A stretch of DNA of 64,000 nt from an uncultured delta proteobacterium (lineage in GTDB: Bacteria; Desulfobacterota; Desulfobacteria; Desulfobacterales; Desulfatirhabdiaceae). The notes beneath the pieces are model-generated. The model was not told the DNA's origin. It did not search any database and was given only the letters and a program-made list of their open reading frames with translations. Positions within the stretch are counted from its first letter, which is position 1, and every line of letters begins with the position of its first letter. The DNA is taken from NCBI GenBank assembly GCA_963789395.1, contig CAWBKP010000022.1:64001-128000 (forward strand), written 5' to 3'. Positions 1 to 10,411 of this stretch are shown in pieces. The translations under genes were made by a program, and so were the position numbers.

Positions 1-438
1 ATGCTGGGCAGCCTGATCATGGATATTCAGGTAGGCCGCTTTACCCGGACGCTGGGGACCCTGGTTCAAAGCGGGGTGCCGCTGTTAAAAGGCCTTTCGA
101 TCGTTCGGGAAGTCGTAAACAATGTGGTGGTCAAGAAGGCGGCGGAACAGATTTTTCGTCAGGTCAAGGAAGGCAAGCGGGTCAGCACGCTGATGAAGGA
201 TCAGGGAATTTTTCCGGCCATGGCGGTACAGATGGTCGCACTCGGAGAGGAAACCGGAAAGATCGGAGAAATGCTGATTTCGGTTTCGGATGATCTGGAC
301 GCCCGGGTCCAGTCGAAAATCAAATCCCTGCTCTCGCTGCTGGAGCCTGTGGCCATCCTGCTGATGGGCTTGATCATCGGCGGGGTGGTCATTTCCATGC
401 TGACAGCGATATTCGGCATCAACGACATCGAATTTTGA
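1..438 (+). CDS. gspF: Type II secretion system inner-membrane platform protein F (5'-partial)
   Basis: C-terminal T2SSF/PilC repeat: RFTRTLGTLVQSGVPLL, GEETGK, LLEP plus terminal TM helix. Runs in from the window edge. Confidence 0.93.
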   Translation: MLGSLIMDIQVGRFTRTLGTLVQSGVPLLKGLSIVREVVNNVVVKKAAEQIFRQVKEGKRVSTLMKDQGIFPAMAVQMVALGEETGKIGEMLISVSDDLDARVQSKIKSLLSLLEPVAILLMGLIIGGVVISMLTAIFGINDIEF

Positions 439-869
439 TGAACTCCCGCGGCTTTACACTCATTGAAATTCTGGTGGTCATGGTTCTGATAGCCGTTTCC
501 GGCTCTCTGGTCTATCTGAGTGTGGGCCGCTCTGCCGGACAAAAGCAGGGAAAACTGTTTGCACAGGAAATGGTCGGCTTTGTTAAAAAGGCCAGGCGCT
601 CGTCTCTGGCATCCAGCCGGCCGGTTGCGTTCTATATCTCATCGGCGGATCGTCTCTGCTGGGTGGAAGGCAGCGAGGCCAGCCTGAAAATTCCGGAAAA
701 AGTGCTGATTCAGGCACAAGGGATCGCCCATGTCGATGCGGATGTTTACGGGGTCTATTTTTATCCGGATGGAAGCTCAAGCGGGGGAGAATTAACGCTT
801 TCAGCAAATGGGGAGCCTTTTTTTGTCTTTCGTGTGGATATCCTGACCGGCCTGGTAACTCCTGGATAA
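435..869 (+). CDS. gspH: Minor pseudopilin GspH/FimT-like
   Basis: Class III signal RG|FTLIEILVV with E5; FYPDGSSSGG and C-terminal VDILTG.V typical of GspH. Confidence 0.85.
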   Translation: MMNSRGFTLIEILVVMVLIAVSGSLVYLSVGRSAGQKQGKLFAQEMVGFVKKARRSSLASSRPVAFYISSADRLCWVEGSEASLKIPEKVLIQAQGIAHVDADVYGVYFYPDGSSSGGELTLSANGEPFFVFRVDILTGLVTPG

Positions 870-873
870 TCCC

Positions 874-1269
874 ATGAAAACCAGTCAGCGGGGATTTACC
901 CTGATAGAGGTGCTGGTGGCCCTGATCATTCTGGGGATATCTCTTGGCGCCATTTTTCAGGCGCTTTCCAGTTCCAGAAGGATTTCGCTAAAGGCTGATG
1001 AAACCCTGACAGCAGTTCGCCTGGCGCAAAATCTTCTGGCAAATCCGGCGTTGATAGATACAGCGTTGAAGGGCAGGGGAGTTGCCTCTCGAATCGAGGG
1101 AGAAGCCGGCTGGCGCTATACATTTTCTGCCCTGCCTTTAGAGATTGACGTCGGCAACACCCGAGATGCTTTGCAGGTTCCTGCCATGTTTGAGTTGACG
1201 GTGTGCCTTTTTCATGAAACAGATCGCCGGGAAAAATCATTTTGCATGAAACAGTGGCATCGGCAGTAA
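874..1269 (+). CDS. gspI: Minor pseudopilin GspI-like
   Basis: QRG|FTLIEVLVAL prepilin motif, 131 aa, between H- and J-like genes. Confidence 0.8.
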   Translation: MKTSQRGFTLIEVLVALIILGISLGAIFQALSSSRRISLKADETLTAVRLAQNLLANPALIDTALKGRGVASRIEGEAGWRYTFSALPLEIDVGNTRDALQVPAMFELTVCLFHETDRREKSFCMKQWHRQ

Positions 1270-1412
1270 ATAATCAGGATAAAAGACTGAAGACCGATGA
1301 CAGAAGGGATTCAGGAATACATCATGTTTGATCATGCACACATCCGGGCGATTCATGGAACGACTTTATCCAACTGGATTGCAAAAAATGCTTCAGCCGT
1401 CAGCCTCCTTCA

Positions 1413-2204
1413 GTGCAGTCTTCCAGAGGCTTTACCCTTCTGGAGCTTCTGGTTGCCATGACGCTTGTGGCTCTGGTCACGGTGATCGCGGCAACGGCCT
1501 TCAGATTGACGGTTCAGGCATGGGAACGCGGATCTGAGGAAGGGGAATCCCGGCAGATTCTGTCTGCGCTGCCGGCGCTTTTGGAAAAACAGCTGGCGGC
1601 GCGGGTGGTCATGCCGATGTTTGGCCAGGCAAAGGTGAACCCGGCGATATATTTCTGCGGCGGGGAAAATTTCCTATCGTTTATTACGGCCTATGCGCCC
1701 CAGGGATCCGTGCTGCAGGGCATGTTATGGGTCAAATATCGGTTTGACCCCGGGCAGAAAATGCTTTTTATCTATCAGCAGTCTCTGTGACCCGCCTGGA
1801 GGACCTGGACATTGCCGAGAGTGGTTTGGGGTCAAAAAATGCAGAAGAAGGGCTCCTGGTCAGTCAGATTCAGGGGATTTCCGATTTCAGGCTGGCTTAT
1901 ACCGCTGAATCACTGTATGATCCGGATGATCCGAGGCAGTGGCAGAACAATTGGGATTGTGGTGCGGAATCTGACGGCGTTCCTTTCGGCCTGATGCTGA
2001 AGATGACAATTGGGGAAGGTGCAAGATCCCGGAGTTTCACATGGATTTATCGGATTGGCGATCAACAGCCACAAAGCCCTTTCGGGCGGCCAGCGAGCCA
2101 CAAAGCCCTTCGGGAGGCAACAGACGCAGACGTCAGCGGGCGAAGACGGCAGGCAGCGCCTATCGGGCGTGGCAGCCGCAAGCTCTTCTGGCGGTCGCCG
2201 GTGA
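1413..2204 (+). CDS. gspJ: Minor pseudopilin GspJ-like (apparent frameshifts ~1785 and ~2095-2110)
   Basis: RG|FTLLELLVAM in ORF 1413..1790 continues in ORF 1787.. (QIQGISDFRLAY...WQNNWD...GVPFGLML). The 3' end is uncertain. Confidence 0.75.
2067..2118 (+). repeat. Two imperfect 23-24 bp direct repeats (AGCCACAAAGCCCTT(T)CGGGMGGC) in the gspJ 3' end
   Basis: Copies at 2067-2090 and 2096-2118; probably encode QPQSPFGR twice. Confidence 0.8.
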
Positions 2205-3088
2205 CGTCAAGCCACGTCGGATTCTGCACGGCAGCGTTCTGGTCATGGTGCTCTGGATACTGGTTCTGGTCAGTTTTCTGGCAGGGCAGTACCTGGCCCA
2301 TAACCGGGAAAAGGCGGACATCGCGCAGAATGCCTGGACAGCTTTTCGGCAGCGACAGGCGGTTTCTTCGGTCGTTCAGCTTTTTTCCACCGATGCCTGG
2401 CCCATTCCGGATGGAACAGGAGCGGATGGCCGCTGGTTCCGGCTGTTTCCGGACGATATCGCGCTATGGGTCCGGGTGGACAAGGAATCTCTGCGCACCA
2501 ACCTGAATACGGCCAGTGACGGTGAAATCAAACAAAAATTGGCGCTGATGATGGGCGATGAATTTTCAGCGTAGAGGCGGATGCGGTTTCAGATTGCATT
2601 CTGGACTGGCGGGATGCGGACAGTTTGACCGCGGATGCAGGGCGCGGAAGAAAAAGACTATGAAGCCAAGGGGCTGACGTATAGACCGGCAAACGGGCCG
2701 TTTAATGTGATGTCCGAGCTTCTTCTGGTTATTGGGGTAACTTCGGATATGTTCTGGGGAAATCCCCTGGAATCGATCGCAGCGGATCTGAGCAGCTATC
2801 TATGTTCAGACTGAGAAAGAAAGAATTCCGAAGGCGCTTAGCGAGGGGTTTACGATTTATTCGGGTGAAAGCAAGCGCATCAGCCTGCTGGTGCCCGGAA
2901 ATGAAAACGGTTATTTGTATATGAATATCATTATGGCAAAGGAATCCGGCCGTCTTGCAGTGGTGGACAGCCAGCAATTTCTGGGGGTGGCCGAACAGGG
3001 ATTTGACAGGCTGATCGAACTGGAGACCGAGGTCCGAGGGCTTGAGGCCAGGGAGGAAAAAGCGGTCTTAGAACGCCGGTCGATTTAA
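2201..3088 (+). CDS. gspK: Minor pseudopilin GspK (several apparent frameshifts)
   Basis: G|SVLVMVLWIL without E5, NLNTAS, DCILDWRDAD and GAEEKDY...YRPANGPF..MSELLLVIGVT are GspK signatures spread over several frames. Confidence 0.85.
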
Positions 3089-3092
3089 CACT

Positions 3093-4430
3093 ATGGTTAT
3101 CAAAGAACATATCGGAATTTATCTGGAAAAAGATGCGCTGCACTACTGCGGTGCCGTCAGAACCATTCCATCGTGGCAAATGGCGATTCCGGGTTCTGCC
3201 ATGGACCCGTCCGGAGTTATCCATGGTCCGGCTCCGGCAACGCTTCGGGAATTTCTTCAGCGGTTTCCCCCAAAATCGGGCCGGCGGATTTTTCTGGCGC
3301 TTCCCCGAAACCGGTTTTTCATGCGGGACATTCAATTGCCGCCGGTTCCGATGGAAGATGCGCTGGTGTCGGTTCAAAGTGTGCTGCCGGTGACCTGCCA
3401 TCTGCCGCTGGATGATATTTACCACGATGTTTATCTTTGCAGGATGCCGGATGGAAGGGTAAATGCCCTGGTGATCTATGCCCTTCGAAAAGAAATTCAG
3501 CCGATTCTGGAAATTTTCCGGGAAATCGGGCATGAAAAATCCTTGGCGGGGCTATTTCCCGTTTCCCTGGGAATCGGCGCATGGCTCAGCCTTCAGCAAT
3601 ATGCCATGCCGATGGGCCTGGTGATTTCCCAGGAAAGTTCGGCCAGTGAACTGGCGGTTTACCAGCAGTCAGGCTGCGTGTATTCGATATCCTGGCAGAA
3701 TGCGTCCACCGCCGGTGAGGATAAGGCGCTAATGGAATCGGCGTGTGCCAAATTTCATCTGCCTGCTGATAATGTCTATGATCTTGATCATTCAGACGGC
3801 TGTTTGCCTTTGCCGGATCCGCTGCAGAACAAACTGCCATGGCTTCCGTCAATCCGCGAGAATCCGGGGGTTGCGGCGCTGGCGGCGGCCCTGTCAAGCC
3901 AGCAGCTGATTCTTCTGAATGGCGGCGCTCCCCGGATAAAGGTGTTTCATCTCTGGAAACTGTTTGTTCCGGTTGTCCTGGTTCTGTCTGTCATTTTGTC
4001 TGTTGTGGACAGTTAAGATGAATCATTCCATTGAGCGGGAAAGCGTGTCGGTTTCTGCAATGAAGGCCGAGACCCAGCAGTTGCAGCAACGGATTCGGCC
4101 GCTTGAAAAAACCCGCGATGCCCTGAAAAAAGCCAAATCGCTTTCCGGAGATATCGACGATTTCATTCGGCTGCGGCCCCGCCTGTTTTCCTGCTTCAAT
4201 GAAATTGCCAGGCTTATCCCGGAGGGAACCTGGTTTTCCCGATCCAACTTTCAGGGGGCGGAGTTGACCCTTCAGGGCCAGAGTAGGGATGCGTTAAAAG
4301 TAATGGAGTCCTTGCGGACATCGCCACTGTTTGATCAGGTCAAGCTGGTGGGATCGGTCAGCCGCAGCCCTCCGGAACAGAGCAGTTCAGTCTGACCATC
4401 CGCCTGAAAGATGTGGAAGCCAATCCATGA
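3093..4430 (+). CDS. gspL: GspL/PilN-like protein: cytoplasmic actin-like domain, TM, periplasmic PilN domain (frameshifted ~4010 and ~4370)
   Basis: N-terminal HIGIYLEKD, ALPRNRFFMRDIQLP; C-terminal EIARLIPEGTWF...LTLQGQS..ALKVMESLRTSPLFDQV; position after gspK. Confidence 0.75.
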
Positions 4431-4998
4431 AGCTTTATCTGGGACAAAAACGAAAGCGCCGGGTGATTTTTGGTTTGGCAGCTGTGATCTGCGGAATGCT
4501 GATCTGGTGGGCACAGATCTTTGATCCCCTTCATGGAACAGAAAAAGGATCTTTCGACTGAACTGGAAAGACTGACCCAGGAACGCGATCAGTCGATCGA
4601 GAAACTGAAAAAACTTACCGAATTTATCGAGACCCATAAAGCCGTTGAAAAGGAGATGAGCCCGGTTTGATGCTTTGAAAATTGACGGCAAAACGCTGGA
4701 AGAACTCAGTGCCAGCACCCAGGCGATTCTTCAGCAGTTTCTGGATAAAAACGCGATACCGATCAAGGCTTACAAAGACCTGCCGGCCTCCAAATGGCGG
4801 GAACATCCCATCAGCCGGATGGAATTGCAGATTGAAACCGGAATGCAGGGCGTTTCGGATTTGCTGGAATATCTGGAAACATTGAACAAGGTGATCCGTG
4901 TCGAACGGTTCTCGGTGTCTTACCGCCGAAAAAAGGACAGCGATCTGCAGATATCCCTTCAGATCGCAACGCTTCAAATGGAAGGCATCAAACCATGA
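4427..4998 (+). CDS. gspM: GspM/PilO-like protein (frameshifted)
   Basis: ATG overlaps the gspL stop; RKRR plus TM, coiled coil, then ferredoxin-like domain (LLEYLETLNKVIRVERFSV). Confidence 0.7.
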
Positions 4999-5017
4999 CA
5001 ATAACAATGAGGAATAC

Positions 5018-7355
5018 ATGCTTATGACAGATCAAACCACCGTCCGTGGGAAAAGGGTTTGGACAGTGGCCTGCCTGGTGCTGCTGGCCCTGGGAACTGC
5101 CGGCTGCAGTTCGGGAACGCTGTGGCAAAAGCCTTACAATTCTCCGGAAGTGTCCGAAGGGGAGAATCCCTTTCTCCGCGTCAAGATCCCGGAGGAAAAA
5201 CCACCCGGCAGCCCGGAAGATAAAAAAGCCGACAAGAAGGAAACGCCGGCAGTTACGGAAACCAAAACGGCAGGACCTGCAAAACATATCTCCACCCAGA
5301 GTCCCCCCCAGCAGCCGGTCTTCGGGCAAAAGTCAACCAAAGACAAAAAAGATACGGCGCAGGCGGTTCATGTTGAACTGGCTTTTGACAATGCAGACCT
5401 CTATGAGGTGCTGGATTTGACGCTCTATGATCTCTTCGGCCTCAGTTATATGGTGGATCCGACCCTCAAATCGACGGTTTCCTTTCATATCACCGGCGAT
5501 TTTACCCGAGACCAGTTTATCAACGCTTTCAATCAGGCCCTTCAGCTGAACAATCTGTCGATTGTCCGCGGTTCGGGCAATATCTACAAGATTCTTCCCA
5601 GAGCCAACAGCGCGGGATCCGCCAATGCGCCGGTGATCGTTTCGGATGAAACGGGTCTGGTCGGGGATGTTACCCGGTTGATCCGGCTTCGCTATGTGTC
5701 TGCGGCAGCGGCCGCAACCAATGTGACGCCCTTTCTGTCCAAAGGGGCTCAGATTGTTCAGGATACGGTGAACAACGCCCTTCTGATCACCGATACTGCT
5801 GAAAACATTTCCCGGGCCGTGGCCATTCTGGGAGTGATCGACATTGAATATTTTGCGGATCTTTCCTGGCAGATCTTTCCGGTCAAGGAAGTGGATGCGG
5901 ACGATCATTGCCGCGGACCTGGACAGCGTGCTTCAGGCCGGAGGACTGTACAAACGCCAGGGCGCGGCTGAGGGAAGCTTTGAAATATTTCCCATCAAGA
6001 GCATGAATGCCATTCTGGTTGTCACCCGATGGCCTTCCATCCTGACGCTGGTTCAGGACTGGCTCGCGGCCATGGATCACGTGACCGATTCCGATACCAA
6101 TGTGTTCGTGTATTTTGCTGAAAATGCGTCGGCACTGGATCTTGCGGATGTGCTTCAGCAGGTTTTTCTGGGGGCAAGCGGCACGGCGCGATCTTCCAGA
6201 ACCGCAGCCGGGCAAATCCTCAACCGGCAAATCCACAACGCAGCAAATCCTCGATGAGCAGATCCATGACCGGATCCTCCATTGTCCGCCAGTGGCGGCC
6301 TGGGGATGCAGGGCGTCCGCATCTTCCCAGCAAAGGACGGCCACGCCATCCCAGTCCAAGCAAACCATCGTCAGGCCGACGGCTGCAGGCGCCGGCAGAA
6401 CCGCCGGAGACGATGATTTTGCCGGCACCGTTGAAATCATTCCGGATGAAGCCAATAACGCCATTGTCTTCAAGGCCAGCAACCGGGACTATAAACAGGT
6501 TCTGACCATCCTGAAGCAGCTGGATATTCAGCCCCGGCAGGTTCTGATCAACGTGCTGGTGGCGGAAATCACCCTGAGCGGGTCCGTTCAGTACGGCATC
6601 GAATGGTTTCTGAACAAAAATATCGGATCGCTTGGCGGCAGCAGCGGCGACTACACCGCCCAGGGCGCTCTGGGCAGTAACATTCCCAAACCCATCAACA
6701 CGCCTCTGGGCGCCACCAATGGCTTTTTTTTTACCGTCTATGATCCCGTGGATTTTTTAAGGGGACTGGTGTTTGCGCTGGGAAGCGACTCGGATGTCAA
6801 TATTCTGTCATCGCCCAATATCCTGGCGCTGGACAACAAGGAAGCCACCATCGAAGTGGGCGCCGATGTTCCGACGGTCTACCGGAACAACGACCAGCAC
6901 CATAAACACCAACAGCGTCACCAACACGGTTCAATTCCGGAAAACCGGCATTATTCTGACCGTAACGCCCCACATCAATTCCAATGGACTGGTCAAAATG
7001 GAGCTGGTCCAGGAAGTCAGCGATCTCGGCGATTTCAACAAGGAACTCAATAATTATATTTTTCTGACGCGAAGAGCGGATACCTCTCTGGTCGTGGAGG
7101 ACGAACAGACCGTGGTCATGGCCGGTCTGATGCAAACCAATAAAAAGAACAGCCAGTCCGGGATTCCCTTTCTGAAGGACATTCCCGTTCTGGGATATTT
7201 ATTCGGCGGCGTGATCGAAAGAGACCAAAAAAACCGAGCTGATCTTCATGATTACGCCCCATGTCATCAAAAACAGAAGCGAGGCGGATCAAATCACCCG
7301 GGAGTTTTCCCAGAAGGTCGCGGACCTGCAGTCCGGTGGCGACCAAAAAAAATAG
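5018..7355 (+). CDS. gspD: T2SS secretin GspD with N-terminal lipobox (several apparent frameshifts)
   Basis: LALGTAG|C lipobox; N0 (LAFDNADL), N1-N3 repeats; LDIQPRQVLINVLVAEI, NILSSP.ILALDNKEATIEVG, GIILTVTPHIN, GIPFLKDIPVLGYLF, ELIFMITPHVI. Confidence 0.93.
6211..6271 (+). repeat. Four imperfect 15-bp tandem repeats encoding a Ser/Thr-rich loop in GspD
   Basis: GGCAAATCCTCAACC / GGCAAATCCACAACG / AGCAAATCCTCGATG / AGCAGATCCATGACC (GKSST, GKSTT, SKSSM, SRSMT). Confidence 0.75.
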
Positions 7356-7419
7356 ACCTGTTGTGCTGGCGGTTAATCATTCATGAAATCATCATCAAAT
7401 ATGAATGCAGGTGTTTATC

Positions 7420-9307
7420 ATGCTTAAATCTCCGATGGTATGCGCTATGGGCACGGCTGTATTTCTGATCTGCATTGTTTCGGGAGTGATTTACAGCAAT
7501 ACGTTTCAGGCGCCGTTCGTCTTTGATGATCAGCATACCATCCAGGAAAACGAGAAAATCAGAAACCTGGATAATTTTTATCTTCTCGATGTGTTGCGAT
7601 CGCCAAGACCCCTGGTGGATTATACATTTGCCCTGAATTACCATTTCGGCAAACTTCATGTTTTCGGCTATCATTTGGTCAATCTTCTGATTCATATTGC
7701 AAACGGCATTCTGGTTTTTTTCCTGTCCCGGCTGCTGTTTCGAAAACTGTCCGCATGCGGACAGCGAACACGCATATCTTGCGGCGCTTTTCGCTGCGCT
7801 GATATTTACCGCCCATCCCCTTCAGACACAGGCTGTGACCTATATTTCGCAGCGATATGCCTCGATGGCCGCTTTTTTTTATCTGGCGTCGGTTTTCAGT
7901 TATATCATTGCACGGGACGCGCATTCAGCCGGGAGACCGATTGCTGCGTTATGGATTTTTTTCTGATAGCGTTTTTGTGCGGCGTGTTTGCGTTTTTAAG
8001 CAAACAGAATTCCGCCAGCCTGCCGCTGGCGATTCTGCTTGTCGAATATGCCTGTTATGATCGGACCTGGAAGGGATGGAAGAAAAAAATATGGATCATC
8101 CTTCCCGGGGTGTTGCTGTTCGGACTCTTTTATGCATACAATATGGGATTGTTCCGCCAGGACATTCAATTTGCCAGGCTTCTGGAAGATGTCTCGGAAA
8201 TCACGCAGGAAACCCGGAAAGTCGGCAGATGGCAATATTTATGCACCCAGTTCAATGTGATTTCTATTTACATCCGGCTTCTGCTGATCCCCGTTACCAG
8301 AATCTGGATTATGCGTATCCGTTCAAAAGCGGTTTCTTTGACGGGGCAACGCCGTATGCATTTGTTTTTCTGGCGGGGATATGTATTGCCGGATGGCGCT
8401 GCAGAAAAAAACACCCGATCGTTTTTATCGGGATTTTGTGGTTTTTTATTACCCTGTCGGTTGAATCCAGCATTTTTCCCATTCAGGATGCCATGTTTGA
8501 ACATCGGCTGTATCTGCCCATGTTCGGTTTTTCAGCTGGTGGCGGCCCGAGCCTGTGAGTGGCTGTTTTCAAAACGCCGGTTGTGGGCATATGCCCCTGG
8601 GGATCGTCCTGTTTTTATCCATAACGCACCTATTCGCGCAACGCGGTGTGGCGAGATGACGTCACGCTGTGGTCGGATGTGGTATCCAAAGACCCGCTGA
8701 ATTTCAGGGCGTTTAACAATCTGGGGTATGATTTGATGCGCCGTGGCGACTTAAATGCCGCAATGGTGAATTATGACAGCGCGATACGTTTAAAGCCGGA
8801 TCATTGCATTGCGATATCCAATAAAGGTGTGCTGCTGGCAAAAATGGGGAAAACCGATGAAGCCATCGTGTTATTCCGAAAGGCGCTTGACCTGAAACCG
8901 GACTATATGGCTGGCCATGAAGAATTTGAGCATCGCCCTCATGAAAAAGGCGGATTTACAGTCTGCATCGGGAAAATATCCGGAGGCGGTTGAATTTATA
9001 CCGGGAATCCCTTCGGTTAGTTCCCGGATCCGCGAAAGGACACACGAATCTGGGGGCGGCATATTTGCGGATCGGGAACAAAGAAGCGGCGGTTAATCAA
9101 TTCGGGAAGCGCTGAAAATCGATCCTGTTTCTGTCGAGGCAACTGCCAATCTGGGCTTGGCGCTGTATTCCCAGGGAAAAACTGCCGAGGCACTGCAACA
9201 ACTGGGTGCAGCCCTCCGTTTAAAACCGGATTCCGAAGAAATCAGAAATAAAATCGCTCAAGATCATCAATACGATACGGGCAGACCCGAACAACAGTTC
9301 CGAATAA
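7420..9307 (+). CDS. TMTC-like GT-C glycosyltransferase with C-terminal TPR repeats (multiple apparent frameshifts)
   Basis: PFVFDD, RPL, GYHLVNLLIH, HPLQTQAVTYISQR, SKQN, EHRLYLP, RN.VWRDD.TLW, then TPRs (AFNNLG..., ALDLKPD, ALRLKPD). This is the motif order of TMTC/DUF1736 proteins. Confidence 0.85.
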
Positions 9308-9496
9308 TCCCCTTGACCGGATCGGGCAAAACAAAGAATCAATGTGATCATTTTCATGCAAACCGTATCATTGGACAAAATATTTCCGGCGCTATAGGGA
9401 ATTTCCTCATGTCCATGACAGTGTATTTCTGATCAAAATATAGAGAAAGACGCCAAAAGCGGATTGTCCACTGCAACACCACGGGGATGCCATATC

Positions 9497-10244
9497 ATGA
9501 TCCTGATAATGTTATTTATAGGGCTGACTTTGATGTTTTCACCCAGTTCTGTACTGGCTGATACGTCCCCCATGGTGGAAAAACATATATTTATGCCGGA
9601 AAATCTCGGCGAATCCAAAGAAGAAGTGACTGCGGCGCCCGGATTAATCAGCGGGGCACTGGAAAAAGAAATTCTCTTTACCGGGGTTGTAATATCGCCG
9701 AAAGGCAGATATGTGATGATAACAGAGAGTGGACAAAAGAGTATGAAGTAACATAAAAAAGAGTAAAGATAGAGGTAAAGATAAAACTAAAGATAAAGGT
9801 ACAGGTAAAACCGATATTAAACATATGCTGAAAGTGGGTGACCAGATTAAAGGCATGATGATTCAGGAAATCGGTTCCAATTTCGTGTTGCTGGCCGGCA
9901 AGGAAAATGAGACGGTAAAAATGAATCTGTATAAAGGCGCCAAAGTTCGGCCTGCTCCGGCCCCTGTCGAGACCAGGCCCGAACCAGCTGCCGGAGCCAA
10001 TGAGCCGCATGCCGCCCCAGGCTGCGCCGGAGGCGGAAAAAACCCCGGATGCTCAGTCCCCGCCCGCAGCGGAAAAAGAGCAGCAAGGTCCGCCAGCCGG
10101 CGATTAAAAAGGAAAAACGGCACCGAATACAAACGGTGAGCCTCGGGCAAATCCCTTTGCGGATATGTTCAACAAGTCGCTCCGGGTCGAAAACCGAATG
10201 CCGTTCCAGCGAACCCTTTCAATAATTTGCCCATAAGTCAGTGA
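9497..10244 (+). CDS. GspC/PilP-like HR-domain protein with Lys/Asp insert and Pro/Ala-rich tail (frameshifted)
   Basis: N-terminal hydrophobic helix; ILFTGVVISPKGRYVMI ... LKVGDQIKGMMIQEIGSNFVLL fits the HR beta-sandwich pattern; tail has two ANPF motifs. Confidence 0.55.
9757..9812 (+). repeat. Low-complexity AAAGAT-containing 12-bp-period repeat (KSKDRGKDKTKDKGTGKT)
   Basis: aagagtaaagat agaggtaaagat aaaactaaagat aaaggtacaggt, in frame with ORF 9825..10139. Confidence 0.7.
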
Positions 10245-10306
10245 GCAGGGACGTCAATCAAGGTTTCAGAAACCTGTTGTCGATAGTAAATAAATGCAGA
10301 TTTTAC

Positions 10307-10342
10307 TTGCAATGCCTAAATAATTTGGATTATAGATCCAAA
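10307..10342 (+). promoter_or_regulatory. Putative sigma70 promoter with a palindrome centred on the -10 region
   Basis: TTGCAA (10307-12), 18 nt, TATAGA (10331-36); inverted repeat TTTGGAT-N5-ATCCAAA at 10324-10342; AT-rich intergenic region. Confidence 0.45.
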
Positions 10343-10411
10343 ACAAGAAATATTATACGCAGGTGAATGCCTTGCAGATGCTTGATCTGCAAAATAGAGG
10401 AGAGTTGCTCA

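Noticed and set aside
1785..1790. TGA in gspJ as selenocysteine or readthrough
   Set aside because: Homology continues in another frame, so a 2-nt indel in TCTCT explains it.
435..3088. Type IV pilus, competence or conductive-pilus interpretation of the prepilin genes
   Set aside because: The H-I-J-K-L-M-D order and GspK signature indicate T2SS; no PilT or short major pilin is in the window.
9757..9812. Short periodic repeats (also 6211-6271) as a CRISPR array
   Set aside because: Periods are multiples of three, they lie in coding frames, and there are no unique spacers or cas genes.
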